This document shows, piece by piece, positions 1-10,015 of a stretch of 17,139 nucleotides of DNA (positions are counted from its first letter, which is position 1; each line of letters opens with the position of its first letter). Source of the stretch: Octopus sinensis (Eukaryota); the NCBI RefSeq assembly GCF_006345805.1, contig NW_021824970.1, forward strand, positions 1 to 17,139, written 5' to 3'. The position numbers were made by a program, and so were the translations under genes. Under the pieces are notes generated by a model. That model saw only the letters and a program-made list of their open reading frames with translations. It was not told the DNA's origin and did not search any database.

Positions 1-729
1 AGTTAGATCTTGACTTCTGGACTTCCGCGGTCACAGTCTTCAGGTTTTAGCTCCTGCACATAATGGGGTTTCAACGGACGAAAATTCAGTTCTTTATGCA
101 ACACCGTACATATTGTGTGTCTTCTTAGCCCACTTTCACGAGCTGCCCGAGGTGTTGATTTTTGTGGGCTGCAATTAAACCTTTCCTGCACTGTTGCCAC
201 GTCTTCCGCTGATCGGAATGTGGTTGGACGGCTACACCTTCTTGCATCGTTCACAGAGCCCGTGGTCATCAGTTTTGCATGATAACTTCCTGTTGTCTCC
301 AGACATAGTGTTGCATGCTTAACTTTCCATGCATGCCACCATCTCTGAACCGAAACAATGGAATCCTACACTTCATAGCGTGCTGCTATCTTAGCTCGCT
401 CCTGAACAGTCAAGCGACCGGTCGCGAATTGTTTTCCCACGCGAGTTCCGGACCCTAGTTATGAACTCATTTGCATACAGCAAACCAGAGCTCAACTATC
501 AAACTAGTGTCCACCTAGTCCCGAAAATACTCTGGTTGAGTTCAGTGGAAAATGTGCGCTATAGCAAAATCGAACTGTTCTAAAGGGGTTAAGAGGGGAG
601 ACAAAGTGAAATTTAGTGTATAAAGTGAATGGAAAGTTGCTCACTGATGATGCCATAAATGTTGCCAATTTGCGTAATTTGCTAGAAAATGTAAATGAGT
701 TTAGTTTCCTAATTTTTTGACTGATTCTG
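1..729 (-). mobile_element. Tc1/mariner-superfamily DNA transposon remnant, one end in window, remainder runs off the left edge
   Basis: Minus strand carries a decayed transposase N-terminus (next feature). Reading the minus strand from 731 gives TA|CAGAATCAGTCAAAAAATTAGG, which resembles Tc1/mariner TIR starts (TA target followed by CAG...TCAAAAAA). The opposite TIR is not in the window, so the end position is inferred. Confidence 0.7.
3..428 (-). pseudogene. Decayed Tc1/mariner transposase N-terminal HTH region (DUF4817-like)
   Basis: One frame from about 428 reads ATGRLTVQERAKIAARYEV*DSIVSVQRWWHAW...HAKLMTTGSVNDARRCSRPTTFRSAEDVATVQERFNCSPQKSTPRAARESGLRRHTICTVLHKELNFRPLKPHYVQELKPEDC. The TGSV.D..R..RP, SP.KS..RAA.ESG and VQEL.P.D motifs are typical of this family. 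In-frame TAG at 366-368 (probably from TGG); no ATG at the expected start. Confidence 0.75.
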
Positions 730-865
730 TATATTCCTAATTTAAAATGTTGATGTTGATCTGGAAACATTGCAATCAATAAGGTGTTGTGTCGTATTGC
801 GTCCTCCTTGCATATATCAATGGCTACAGGCAGTATCACTAATCTCAGTGGAATTGTGGAATAAA

Positions 866-992
866 CTCTCTCTCTCTCTCTGTCCCTCAATCTCTTACTC
901 TCTCTCTCGTCGCTCCATCTCCGCTCGTCTCTCTTCTCCTCCCCTCTCCCTCGATTCTCCTCTCTCTCTCTCTCCTCTCTCTCTCCTCTCTC

Positions 993-1032
<40 letters not shown>
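866..1032. repeat. Interrupted (CT)n microsatellite
   Basis: Directly visible. Confidence 0.95.
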
Positions 1033-1033
<1 letters not shown>

Positions 1034-1076
1034 TGCTTGCTTCCCTAGTCCACACAGTTGGTAAAATTGAGAGATA

Positions 1077-1256
1077 CCTGTAATTCAAAGGGGCCAGCCT
1101 TCTCACATTCTGTGTCACGCTGAATGTACCTGAAAACTACATTAAGGATATGCGTTTCTGAGGAGTACTCAGCCACTTGTACAGTAATTTCACTAGTAGT
1201 TTGTTTCGTTGATTGGCTCAAATGGAACCCGCGTCGTCGTTACTGACGGAGACCCA
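1077..1256. mobile_element. Probable fragment of a dispersed repeat (SINE-like), family unassigned
   Basis: Sequence ...GTGTCACGCTGAAT...GAGTACTCAGCCACTTG...GGAACCCGCGTCGTCGTTACTGACGG resembles a high-copy octopus repeat as I recall it. Single copy in the window, so there is no internal confirmation. Confidence 0.35.
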
Positions 1257-1544
1257 CTTTTATACGACAGTTGGATAGGTTTCATCGTTTGTCTTGGAAG
1301 TTGTAACGATGTACTCAAGTTGGGTGGGAAAACGTAAATCACGGGGAGAGAGAGATGGGGGTGGATAGATGTTTGTAGGAGAAGAATAAACATTGGTTTG
1401 GCGCCCAATTCCTCGATTTCAAATAATAATTGGGCAATAACACGAAATATAGAATAAAGGGTGATAAAATATGAAACAAGCACAAGAAAAATATATACAA
1501 ATGAGGAGGGAGGGAGGTAGAAAAGAACCATAAATAAATATACT

Positions 1545-1820
1545 GATACATAGATACATAAATATAATATATATATATATACATACATACCTGTGTGTGT
1601 GAGTTAGTGAGCGCATGTGTGGGTGAAGGGAGAAAAAGGGGGAAAGAGACAAAATGTGTGTGTGGTGTGCTGTGTGTGGTGTGTGTATGTGTGTGTATTT
1701 TATATTAGACGGAAGGCTAGTAAGCATATAAAAATAATATATATGTAGATTATAAGATATGCAAAGACGAATGATACTGGTCTATATAATTAATCGGTAT
1801 ATAATACTAAAATATATACG

Positions 1821-1852
<32 letters not shown>

Positions 1853-2006
1853 TATAAATATATATATATTCATTGTATATATATTATGTATATATATTGA
1901 TATATATATATATATGTATATATATTCAATATATATATATATCTTTGTATATATATATATATATGTATATATCTATATATACTTACATATATATATATAT
2001 ATATTC

Positions 2007-2037
<31 letters not shown>

Positions 2038-2043
2038 CATATA

Positions 2044-2089
<46 letters not shown>

Positions 2090-2090
2090 A
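1545..2090. repeat. Compound (TA)n/(TG)n/(TACA)n microsatellite region
   Basis: Directly visible; long TA tracts 1805-2086. Confidence 0.9.
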
Positions 2091-2377
2091 AATATATTTG
2101 ACTTTATAGTATCTTCAACAATATGTTAGAAGAAAGACGTCTGCTCTGATGATTTTTATTAGTGTTTTACCGATGTTTATTATTATTGTTGGTGTTATTG
2201 TTGTTGTTGGTTTTTGTTGTTACCTTTTTGTTATTATAAAAGAAATCGCTACCGCCATTATAATCATCGCTCCCTTCAGCAGCAACCATTCCGTTTTATG
2301 TAATCCCCCCCCACTCTACAATCTACTACTGTTCTTGTATTGTCCCCCTCGACCGTTGCCCTCGTGGCTAAGAAAAA

Positions 2378-2424
2378 TATCATCATCATCATCGTTATCA
2401 TTATTATTATCATCATTATTATTA

Positions 2425-2479
<55 letters not shown>

Positions 2480-2583
2480 TTATATTATTATCATTATTAT
2501 TATTACTATTATCATCATTGCGACTCTTACTATTGCTCTTGTTATTGTTATTGTTGTAAATAATAATAATCGCGATGATGGTG

Positions 2584-2678
<95 letters not shown>

Positions 2679-2770
2679 GTAATAATAATAATAATGGTTT
2701 CTAGGTAATAATGATCGTCCCTTTATTGCTGCCGATAATAATGATGATGATGATGATGATGATGATGATG
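2378..2770. repeat. (CAT/ATT)n followed by (AAT)n and (GAT)n trinucleotide tracts
   Basis: Directly visible; ATT block about 2400-2515, AAT block about 2585-2695, GAT block about 2740-2770. Confidence 0.95.
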
Positions 2771-3298
2771 GTGGCGGTAATAATCGTTATCGCCCTCATC
2801 ATCATCATTAATATATTTCCGTTTGTTGGCTATCGCTGCGAATGATCTTCATTCGTATGTAGATATCAGTTTACCGGCAACAAGGACAACCAATATTAGT
2901 GTAAAGAGGGAGAGAGAAAGGGAGAGAGTGAAAGAGAGAGAGAGAGAGAGAGAAGGGAAGAGGGTGAGAGCAAAGGAGGGGAGAGGAAGAGAAGGTAGAT
3001 AAGCATGGAAGGGTTAAGGGTAATGATGAGGACGTGGTCGTGATGGTGGTGGTGATGGGTGCATTCGTAACTTGGGTGGTAGAACAACTAATTGCCGGGT
3101 GGTAGACCTAACGCGTTGCCTGGTACAACACCCTTAATAAATGGTGATTCTCGGGTAGCTTTTAGTGGAGTCCCATTACGAGTATATTGGAACTCTTCAG
3201 ACCATCAACCATTTTTTGGCCTATGGACCCCTTTCATTCCTATTTTGCTGAATTGGAACCTCTTAAACATTTAATGTTAAAAAAAATCCTCTCATAAA

Positions 3299-3570
3299 GG
3301 CGGCGAGCTGGCAGAATGGTTAGCACGCCGGGCGAAATGCTTAGCGGTATTTCGTCTGCCGTTACGTTGTGAGTTCAAATTCCGCCGAGGTCGACCTTGC
3401 CTTTCATCTTTTCGTGGTCGATAAATTAAGTATCAGTTACGCACTAGGGTCGATGTAATCGACTTAATCCGTCTGTCTGTCTGTCCTTGTTTGTCTCCTC
3501 TGTGTTTAGCCCCTTGTGGGTAGTAAAGAAATAGCTATTTCGTCTGCCGGTACGTTCTGAGTTCAAATTC
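3299..3570 (+). mobile_element. tRNA-derived SINE (family A), one monomer plus linker plus truncated start of a second monomer
   Basis: Head GGCGGCGAGCTGGCAGAATGGTTAG (A-box-like) and GTGAGTTCAAATTCC (B-box-like); body CCTTTCATCTTTTCGTGGTCGATAAATTAAGTA. Near-identical to copies at 4361-5288, 9121-9830 and 16542-16930. Confidence 0.9.
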
Positions 3571-4191
3571 ACAGCCAGAAAAAACAAGTTTTTTACATCT
3601 TGCTTGGCAATTATTTCACCAAAATATATACCATGCAGTTGAACTTGACAAGGTGAAGTTATAATACGAAACTGTTACAGTGTAGTTTATTTAACATAAA
3701 TTTATGGTTTTCTACTTTATTCTACAATACTTTCACAATATTGCATTTGCTTGCACAAGGGTGCATTGTATAGGCCTGAAAATATGGTGTGATATTTTGA
3801 GATGTACTACGGTCTTTTATATATAGGGAGTTATCTCTCTTGCAGGACATTGTTAACAGCGCATAACAGGAAGTTAACTGGGGAAGGATATAAATGATGG
3901 AGGAGTCTTTACTGTGAGGTTCGCTTGGGTACAGTAAAAATCGGTCATTAATACTTGAGGCTCCTTGTGTTATCCTTTCATCTACGGGCGATATTACCGG
4001 GATAGCCGTATAGCAGGCCCTTACTGTTTGACGCGAATGCGTTCCTACAAGCACGGAAGGCATTCTCGTACGGTCTTTCTTGACCAATCACCAATGAGCC
4101 AATGTGATAAGCATTATGATGATTCTGTATTTGCAAGGCAAACTTCATTGATCCGTTTTCTTATTCTGCCCCTTTTTTTATATTTTTTCAG

Positions 4192-4273
4192 ACTGTCAAC
4201 AGCCCACAGCAATATTACTCGGAAAAATTGCATCATTTAGGAGAAATACCAAATAACTACAATCCACAAAACG
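4192..4273 (+). CDS. MyoD: Internal coding exon (82 nt, phase 0 to phase 1) of MyoD-family gene: TVNSPQQYYSEKLHHLGEIPNNYNPQN(G)
   Basis: Strong acceptor TTCTGCCCCTTTTTTTATATTTTTTCAG| and donor AACG|GTACGA. Only one of three frames is open, and it joins in frame to the helix III exon at 7886. Size and phases match the middle exon of vertebrate MRF genes. Orthology rests on the downstream exon. Confidence 0.7.
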
Positions 4274-4360
4274 GTACGATTCTTTTTGTGTGTTTTGACT
4301 AATCAAATGTGTACATTTATATATAAGCGTGGCTGTGTGTCAAAATATGAAATCAATATA

Positions 4361-5288
4361 AGGTGGCAGAATCGTTAGCACGCCGGACAAAGTGCTTAAC
4401 GGTATTTCGTCCGTCGATAAAGTACCAGTTACGCACTGGGGTCGATATAATGACTTAATCCGTTTGTCTGTCCTTGTTTGTCCCTTCTGTGTTTAGCCCC
4501 TTGTGGGTAGTAAAGAAATAGGTATTTCGTCCGTCGCTACGTTCTGAGTTCAAATTCCACCGAGGTCGATTTTGCCTTTCATCCTTTCGAGGTCGATAAA
4601 TTAAGTACCAGTTGCGTACTGGGTCGATCTAATCGACTAGCTCCCCCCACGTCTCCAAAGATTTCAGGCCTTGTGCCTAAAGTAGAAAAGAATCGTAGCA
4701 CGCCGGAAGAAACGTTTAGCGACATTTCGTCCGTTTTCACGTTCTGCCATCAAATTCCACCGAGATCGATTTTGCATTCCACCCTGTCGATACAATAAGT
4801 ACCAGTTAATGACAGGGGTCGATGTAATTACCTTCCTCAGCCTTTTGGCCTTTTTCCAAAGAAAGGAAAGAATTATGAGGCAGGCGGCGGGCGGCTTGGC
4901 ATATTCGCTACCGTGCTGGAAAAATACTTAATGGCATTCCTCCAAGCTCTACGTTCAGAGTTCAAAACCTGCCATGGTTGAGTTTGCTTTTCATCCTTTC
5001 CGGATCGATAAAATAAGTACCAGTTGAGTACTGGAGATCGATGTGATCGACTTACTCCCTTCACCGAAACTGCTGGCCTTGTGCCAAAATTTGAAATCAA
5101 TATTGGAAGGCGGCGAGTCGGCCGAATCGTTAGCATGCCGGATAAATGCTTATCGGCATTCTGTCCGTATTTACGTTCTGAGATCAAATTCCGCCGAGGT
5201 CGGCTTTGCATTTTATCCTTTCGGGGTCGATCAGAATAAGTGCCAGTTACACATTGGGGTCGATGTAATCGACTTCATCCGTTTGTCT
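4361..5288 (+). mobile_element. Head-to-tail array of five family-A SINE monomers
   Basis: Monomer starts near 4361, 4521, 4690, 4883 and 5109. Each has the TTCG/CC..ACGTTC..AG.TCAAA, GTCGATAA..AAGTACCAG and GGGGTCGAT blocks, with differing divergence. Confidence 0.9.
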
Positions 5289-5313
5289 CTGCCTGTCTGT
5301 CTGTCTGTCTGTC

Positions 5314-5393
<80 letters not shown>

Positions 5394-5400
5394 CATATGT
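5286..5400. repeat. (GTCT)n-(CT)n-(TA)n compound microsatellite continuing from the SINE linker
   Basis: Directly visible. Confidence 0.95.
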
Positions 5401-5928
5401 ATACATACGCTATTAGGTATACGTTGATGTGTTACGCCCACTCCCCACTTGCACACATGCAGGCGCTCGCCAACACATGCACACACACCACACACACGCA
5501 GTGACAGAAAAGAACAGCCACAAAGATACGTACATATAATCACACGCACGCACGCACACTATACGTATTCAAGCACGATTTTCCACACAAATAACACATA
5601 AATAACACATACAAACAAAAGCATTGCTTCACACTTTTAGAGTGAGGTATGGAAGGGAGAGAGAGAGAGAGAGAGTGAGAGACAGACAGACAGACAGAGA
5701 GATAGAAAGAAAGCGAGAAAGAGAGCAGAGAGTGTAGGAGGAGGAGGGAGAGTATTGGTTTCTTTGGCGATGTTCTTCGGAAACTCGACAAAAAGACAAC
5801 ACAACAATACGCGATGTGTCAGGATTTGTTTGTGAAGGTAGATTATTTGGAATGGTTTCACAGCAGGGTCATTTGGTTAACTGGTTATCTGGCATTCGTC
5901 TCAAGGCGAGAAGCTGTGATCAGCTTTC

Positions 5929-6253
5929 TATGTATGTATGTATGTATGTATGTATGTATGTATGTATGTATGTATGTATGTATGTATGTATGTATGTATG
6001 TATGTATGTATGTATGTATGTATGTATGTATGTACGTACGTACGTACGTGTGTACGTGTGTACGTATGTATGTATGTAAGTATCTATCTATCTATCTGTC
6101 TATGTGTTTATTTATTTTTATGTATGTGCGTGTGTACGTGTGTGCTAATAGATAAGTATATATATATATATATGTATGTATGTATATATACGTGTCTATA
6201 CATATAAGTGTATATACCTCATATATATATATATTTGTGTGTGTGTGTTTGTG

Positions 6254-6308
<55 letters not shown>

Positions 6309-6330
6309 ATATATATATATATATACCTGT
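5929..6330. repeat. (TATG)n, (TA)n, (TG)n, (TATC)n compound microsatellite
   Basis: Directly visible. Confidence 0.95.
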
Positions 6331-6339
6331 GTGTCTATA

Positions 6340-7010
6340 TAAAGAAATCGATGAGTGGTTGGTCAAAGATGAAAGTATCCATGGCCCCCAGACAAGAGTA
6401 AAACTGCCTGCACTTCCCGGCTGAAGGAAGGCAGCGGGTTGATCCTCACGATGGTCTCGGCCGATAGTCGTATCTACCTTACATGCGACACCAGCCGTTC
6501 GGCAAAGATCTGAGAGTCAGCGATGCTCGGACATGCAGAACGGTGTCATCGCTCTGTGCGTATCTCGAACAGACCAGTTTGACAGCACATCTCGGACTGG
6601 CTGTCCTCCACTTCCAGTAGCACTGCCCGGTCAGGAATATTTCAAAGTTATCCTTAGGTCTCGATCGGAAAATCCTCCGGAAAAGAACAGCCAGTTATTC
6701 TCCCTATAAACTCAGAGTTTCCCGATGACGACATTGTACTTATCTCCGAACAATCTTCTACAGAACGCCGATGTAAAAATTTCGGCGACCGCATTGCTCG
6801 ACTGGCATCAGACTGTGAACGTTTGGTGACACTCCTGGTACCAAGTACCCTACAAAGTACCCTACAATCGTAGACCTACAAAGGTATACAATTGATCCAG
6901 GACTTCAGCTCCGTCAACAAGATGTCTTGTGGAAAATTCTTTTGATAAACGGCGACCACACTTGATTAATGTGAAGGAAACGCTGGAGATGTTGCAGCCT
7001 CAGCCAGAAC
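6340..7010 (-). mobile_element. Degenerate L1/Tx1-clade LINE ORF2 3' fragment, including a decayed RT-associated zinc-binding (zf-RVT-like) region
   Basis: Minus-strand translation across several frameshifts gives LRLQHLQRFL..QVWSPFIK..FPQ..LTELKSWI / WYQECHQ / LFRRIFRSRPKDNF..LTGQCY / QPVRDVL / CSRYAQSDDTVLH / RIRLSAETIVRINPLPSFSREVQAV / DTFIFDQPLIDFF. The PVRD.L and CxxC..D.TV.H order matches L1/Tx1 ORF2 C-termini. Multiple stops; 11-bp tandem duplication GTACCCTACAA near 6846-6868. Confidence 0.7.
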
Positions 7011-7119
7011 ATACAGAAGAGGCGATAGCGGACATCATTGGTGGGGAACATGGAGGTGACAGGCGAAAGTTGGATGCGGAGACAAAAACGTGGATGGTGA
7101 TGATAACTATAATAGCAGT

Positions 7120-7755
<636 letters not shown>

Positions 7756-7885
7756 CACCATTATATTACACCATTATCAATTATTTCGTTTCTCGCTCTC
7801 TCTTTATTTTTAAAATTATTTTCTTTATTTCTATATCTATATACGTATATTTTTTTCATCTTTTTCTTTTCTTTTGTCCCTACAG

Positions 7886-7960
7886 GATACGAACAATTAT
7901 CGTCTGGAGTATCCAGCCTGGATTGTCTATCATTGATAGTAGAGAGTATAAGTCCCACAG
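7886..7960 (+). CDS. MyoD: Internal coding exon (75 nt, phase 1 to phase 1) encoding MRF helix III: (G)YEQLSSGVSSLDCLSLIVESISPT(A)
   Basis: Acceptor TTTTTCTTTTCTTTTGTCCCTACAG| and donor CACAG|GTACGA. VSSLDCLSLIVESIS matches 13 of 15 residues of the vertebrate MyoD helix III motif VSSLDCLSSIVERIS as I recall it. Confidence 0.85.
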
Positions 7961-8294
7961 GTACGACGTCAATGTTAAACAGCATCAATGCTGCTGGCCA
8001 GACGACACATCCGCCATGTTGAATAATATCTCCTTTCGCTCTTTGCTAAAACTGCACATTTAAACGATAAACAAAAGATGAATGACGAAGATGTTATGAA
8101 AAACAAATAAATCAATAAACAATATCAATAATAACGATAATAATGAAGATGATAATATTAATAACTACAATTGTATTATTAATAATAACGGGAATGATTA
8201 TAACAATACTAATAACCTGAGCAAGACTAAAGACAATTATGAAACTCTGGTATTGTGTAAAAGCAACGTCACTTGTTTGCCGCATAAAAAGGAA

Positions 8295-8395
8295 TATATA
8301 TATATATGTGCGTGCGTGTGGATGTGTGCGTTATATATATAATATATATACATATATAACACAGACGCACATATATACACGCATATTATATATAT

Positions 8396-8449
<54 letters not shown>

Positions 8450-8489
8450 CATATATATATATAATATATATACATATATACATACATAC

Positions 8490-8532
<43 letters not shown>

Positions 8533-8640
8533 TATATATATATATATATACATGCATACATACATATATAACATGCACGTATGCGCACAGGCATAAACAT
8601 ACACACACTCACACAGACACATATACACGCATATATACGC

Positions 8641-8685
<45 letters not shown>
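8295..8685. repeat. (TA)n/(CA)n compound microsatellite
   Basis: Directly visible. Confidence 0.95.
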
Positions 8686-8688
<3 letters not shown>

Positions 8689-9120
8689 TTTCAAAATGAC
8701 TTTTGGTTTTGAAAACAAAAATATAAAAATAAAAATAAAAGGCAACAAATGAAAAAAATAAATGAATAATAAATTTAAACATAAAAGTGTGAGCCATTAT
8801 TTCTCAAGACGATTCCTAAGCACCGATCTTTTTTTCTTTGTTTGTTTGTTTGTTTTTCTCATCGAACATCTACAAGTTTTTTTTGCCAATTGTGGATCAA
8901 TAAATGATATCAAAAGATATGAATTGTTTTATGTATTATTTTGTGATGTAACACACTTTTGTTTACTTATAGATTTTAAGCTTTGACAATAGCGTGGTAT
9001 CGTAAAATAACATTCACCATTTAAAAGTATTCTGTTACTGGATCAATTCTTTTAAATTTATGTTTTGTATTCTTGAAAATAAACATGCCTATAGTAATTA
9101 TCATTTATTTCGCTGATTAA

Positions 9121-9549
9121 GGCGGCGTGCTAGAATAATCGTTTGCACGCCGGCCACAATACTTAGCCGCCATTTCGTCCGTTTCTACGTTCTGAGTTCA
9201 AATTTCGCCGAGGTCGACTTTGTCTTTCATCCTATGGGTGTTGATGAAATAACTACCTGTTGAAAATTGAAATCGATGTAACCAAATTTCAGGCCTTGTG
9301 CCTATAGTTGAAAGCATTATCATTATTATCATGATTATAATTAAGGCGGCGAGCTGGCAGAATCGTTTGCACGCCGGGCGAAATGCTTAGCAGTATGTCG
9401 TCTGTTGCTACGTTCTGAGTTCAAATTACGCTGAGATCGACTTTGTCTTTCGAGGTCAATAAATTAAGTACCAGTGAAATACTGGGGTAGATATAATCGA
9501 CTAGTCCTCTCTCCTAAAATTTTAAGGCCTTGTATCAATAGTAGAAAGG

Positions 9550-9595
<46 letters not shown>

Positions 9596-9830
9596 TATTA
9601 TTATTATTATTATGGCGACCAGCTGGCAGAATCGTTAACACGCCGGGCAAAATGTTTAGCGGCATTTCGCACGTCTTCGCATTCTGAGTTCAAATTTCTC
9701 CAGAGTCGACTTTGCCTTTCATCATTCTTTTGGGGGTTGATAAATTAAGTACCAGTTGCGTACTGGTGTCAATGTTATCGACTTACCCCTCCCCGAAAGT
9801 GCTGGCCTTGTGCCAAAATTTGAAACCATT
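9121..9830 (+). mobile_element. Three head-to-tail family-A SINE monomers separated by (ATT)-rich tails
   Basis: Heads at 9121, 9345 and 9614. Tails AGGCCTTGTGCCTATAGTTGAAAGCATT, AGGCCTTGTATCAATAGTAGAAAGGATT(ATT)n and GCTGGCCTTGTGCCAAAATTTGAAACCATT. Confidence 0.9.
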
Positions 9831-10015
9831 CTTATTGTTATTTACATTGTTATGGCTTTGTTTTATACAACCTTTTCTACGTCTCACTCAGCGACCTCAT
9901 GGAACAGACAATTGGATAAAACTTCTATATTTAAGAGATGAGGAATTACGTACATTATTTACATTATTTACATATTTACATTTGACGGATATTTGTCCTC
10001 ATCTAGTTTGTTGTT

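Noticed and set aside
3092-3274. 60-aa ORF MPGGRPNALPG...
   Set aside because: Non-ATG start, no recognisable homology and no clear splice signals.
3299-3385. tRNA gene calls for SINE heads (also 9345, 12930-13012, 14857, 16542)
   Set aside because: They have A/B-box-like motifs but no complete cloverleaf, and they continue into shared SINE bodies.
3965-4240. 91-aa ORF MCYPFIYGRYYRDS...
   Set aside because: No recognisable domain, non-ATG start, no good splice sites in a compatible phase, and it runs through the pyrimidine tract of the real exon in a different frame.
4361-5288. CRISPR-like or satellite interpretation of the recurring blocks
   Set aside because: The sequence is eukaryotic and the units are full, diverged SINE monomers rather than short repeats with unique spacers.
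6700-6900. Plus-strand EFPDDDIVLISEQ resembling an RT YADD motif
   Set aside because: The same bases translate on the minus strand into a longer, coherent L1/Tx1 ORF2 C-terminal motif series; the plus-strand resemblance is short and lacks flanking RT motifs.
7886-7960. Second open frame of the exon (IRTIIVWSIQPGLSIIDSREYKSHR, phase 2-2)
   Set aside because: Incompatible with the phase of the upstream exon and has no recognisable motif, whereas the phase-1 frame gives helix III.
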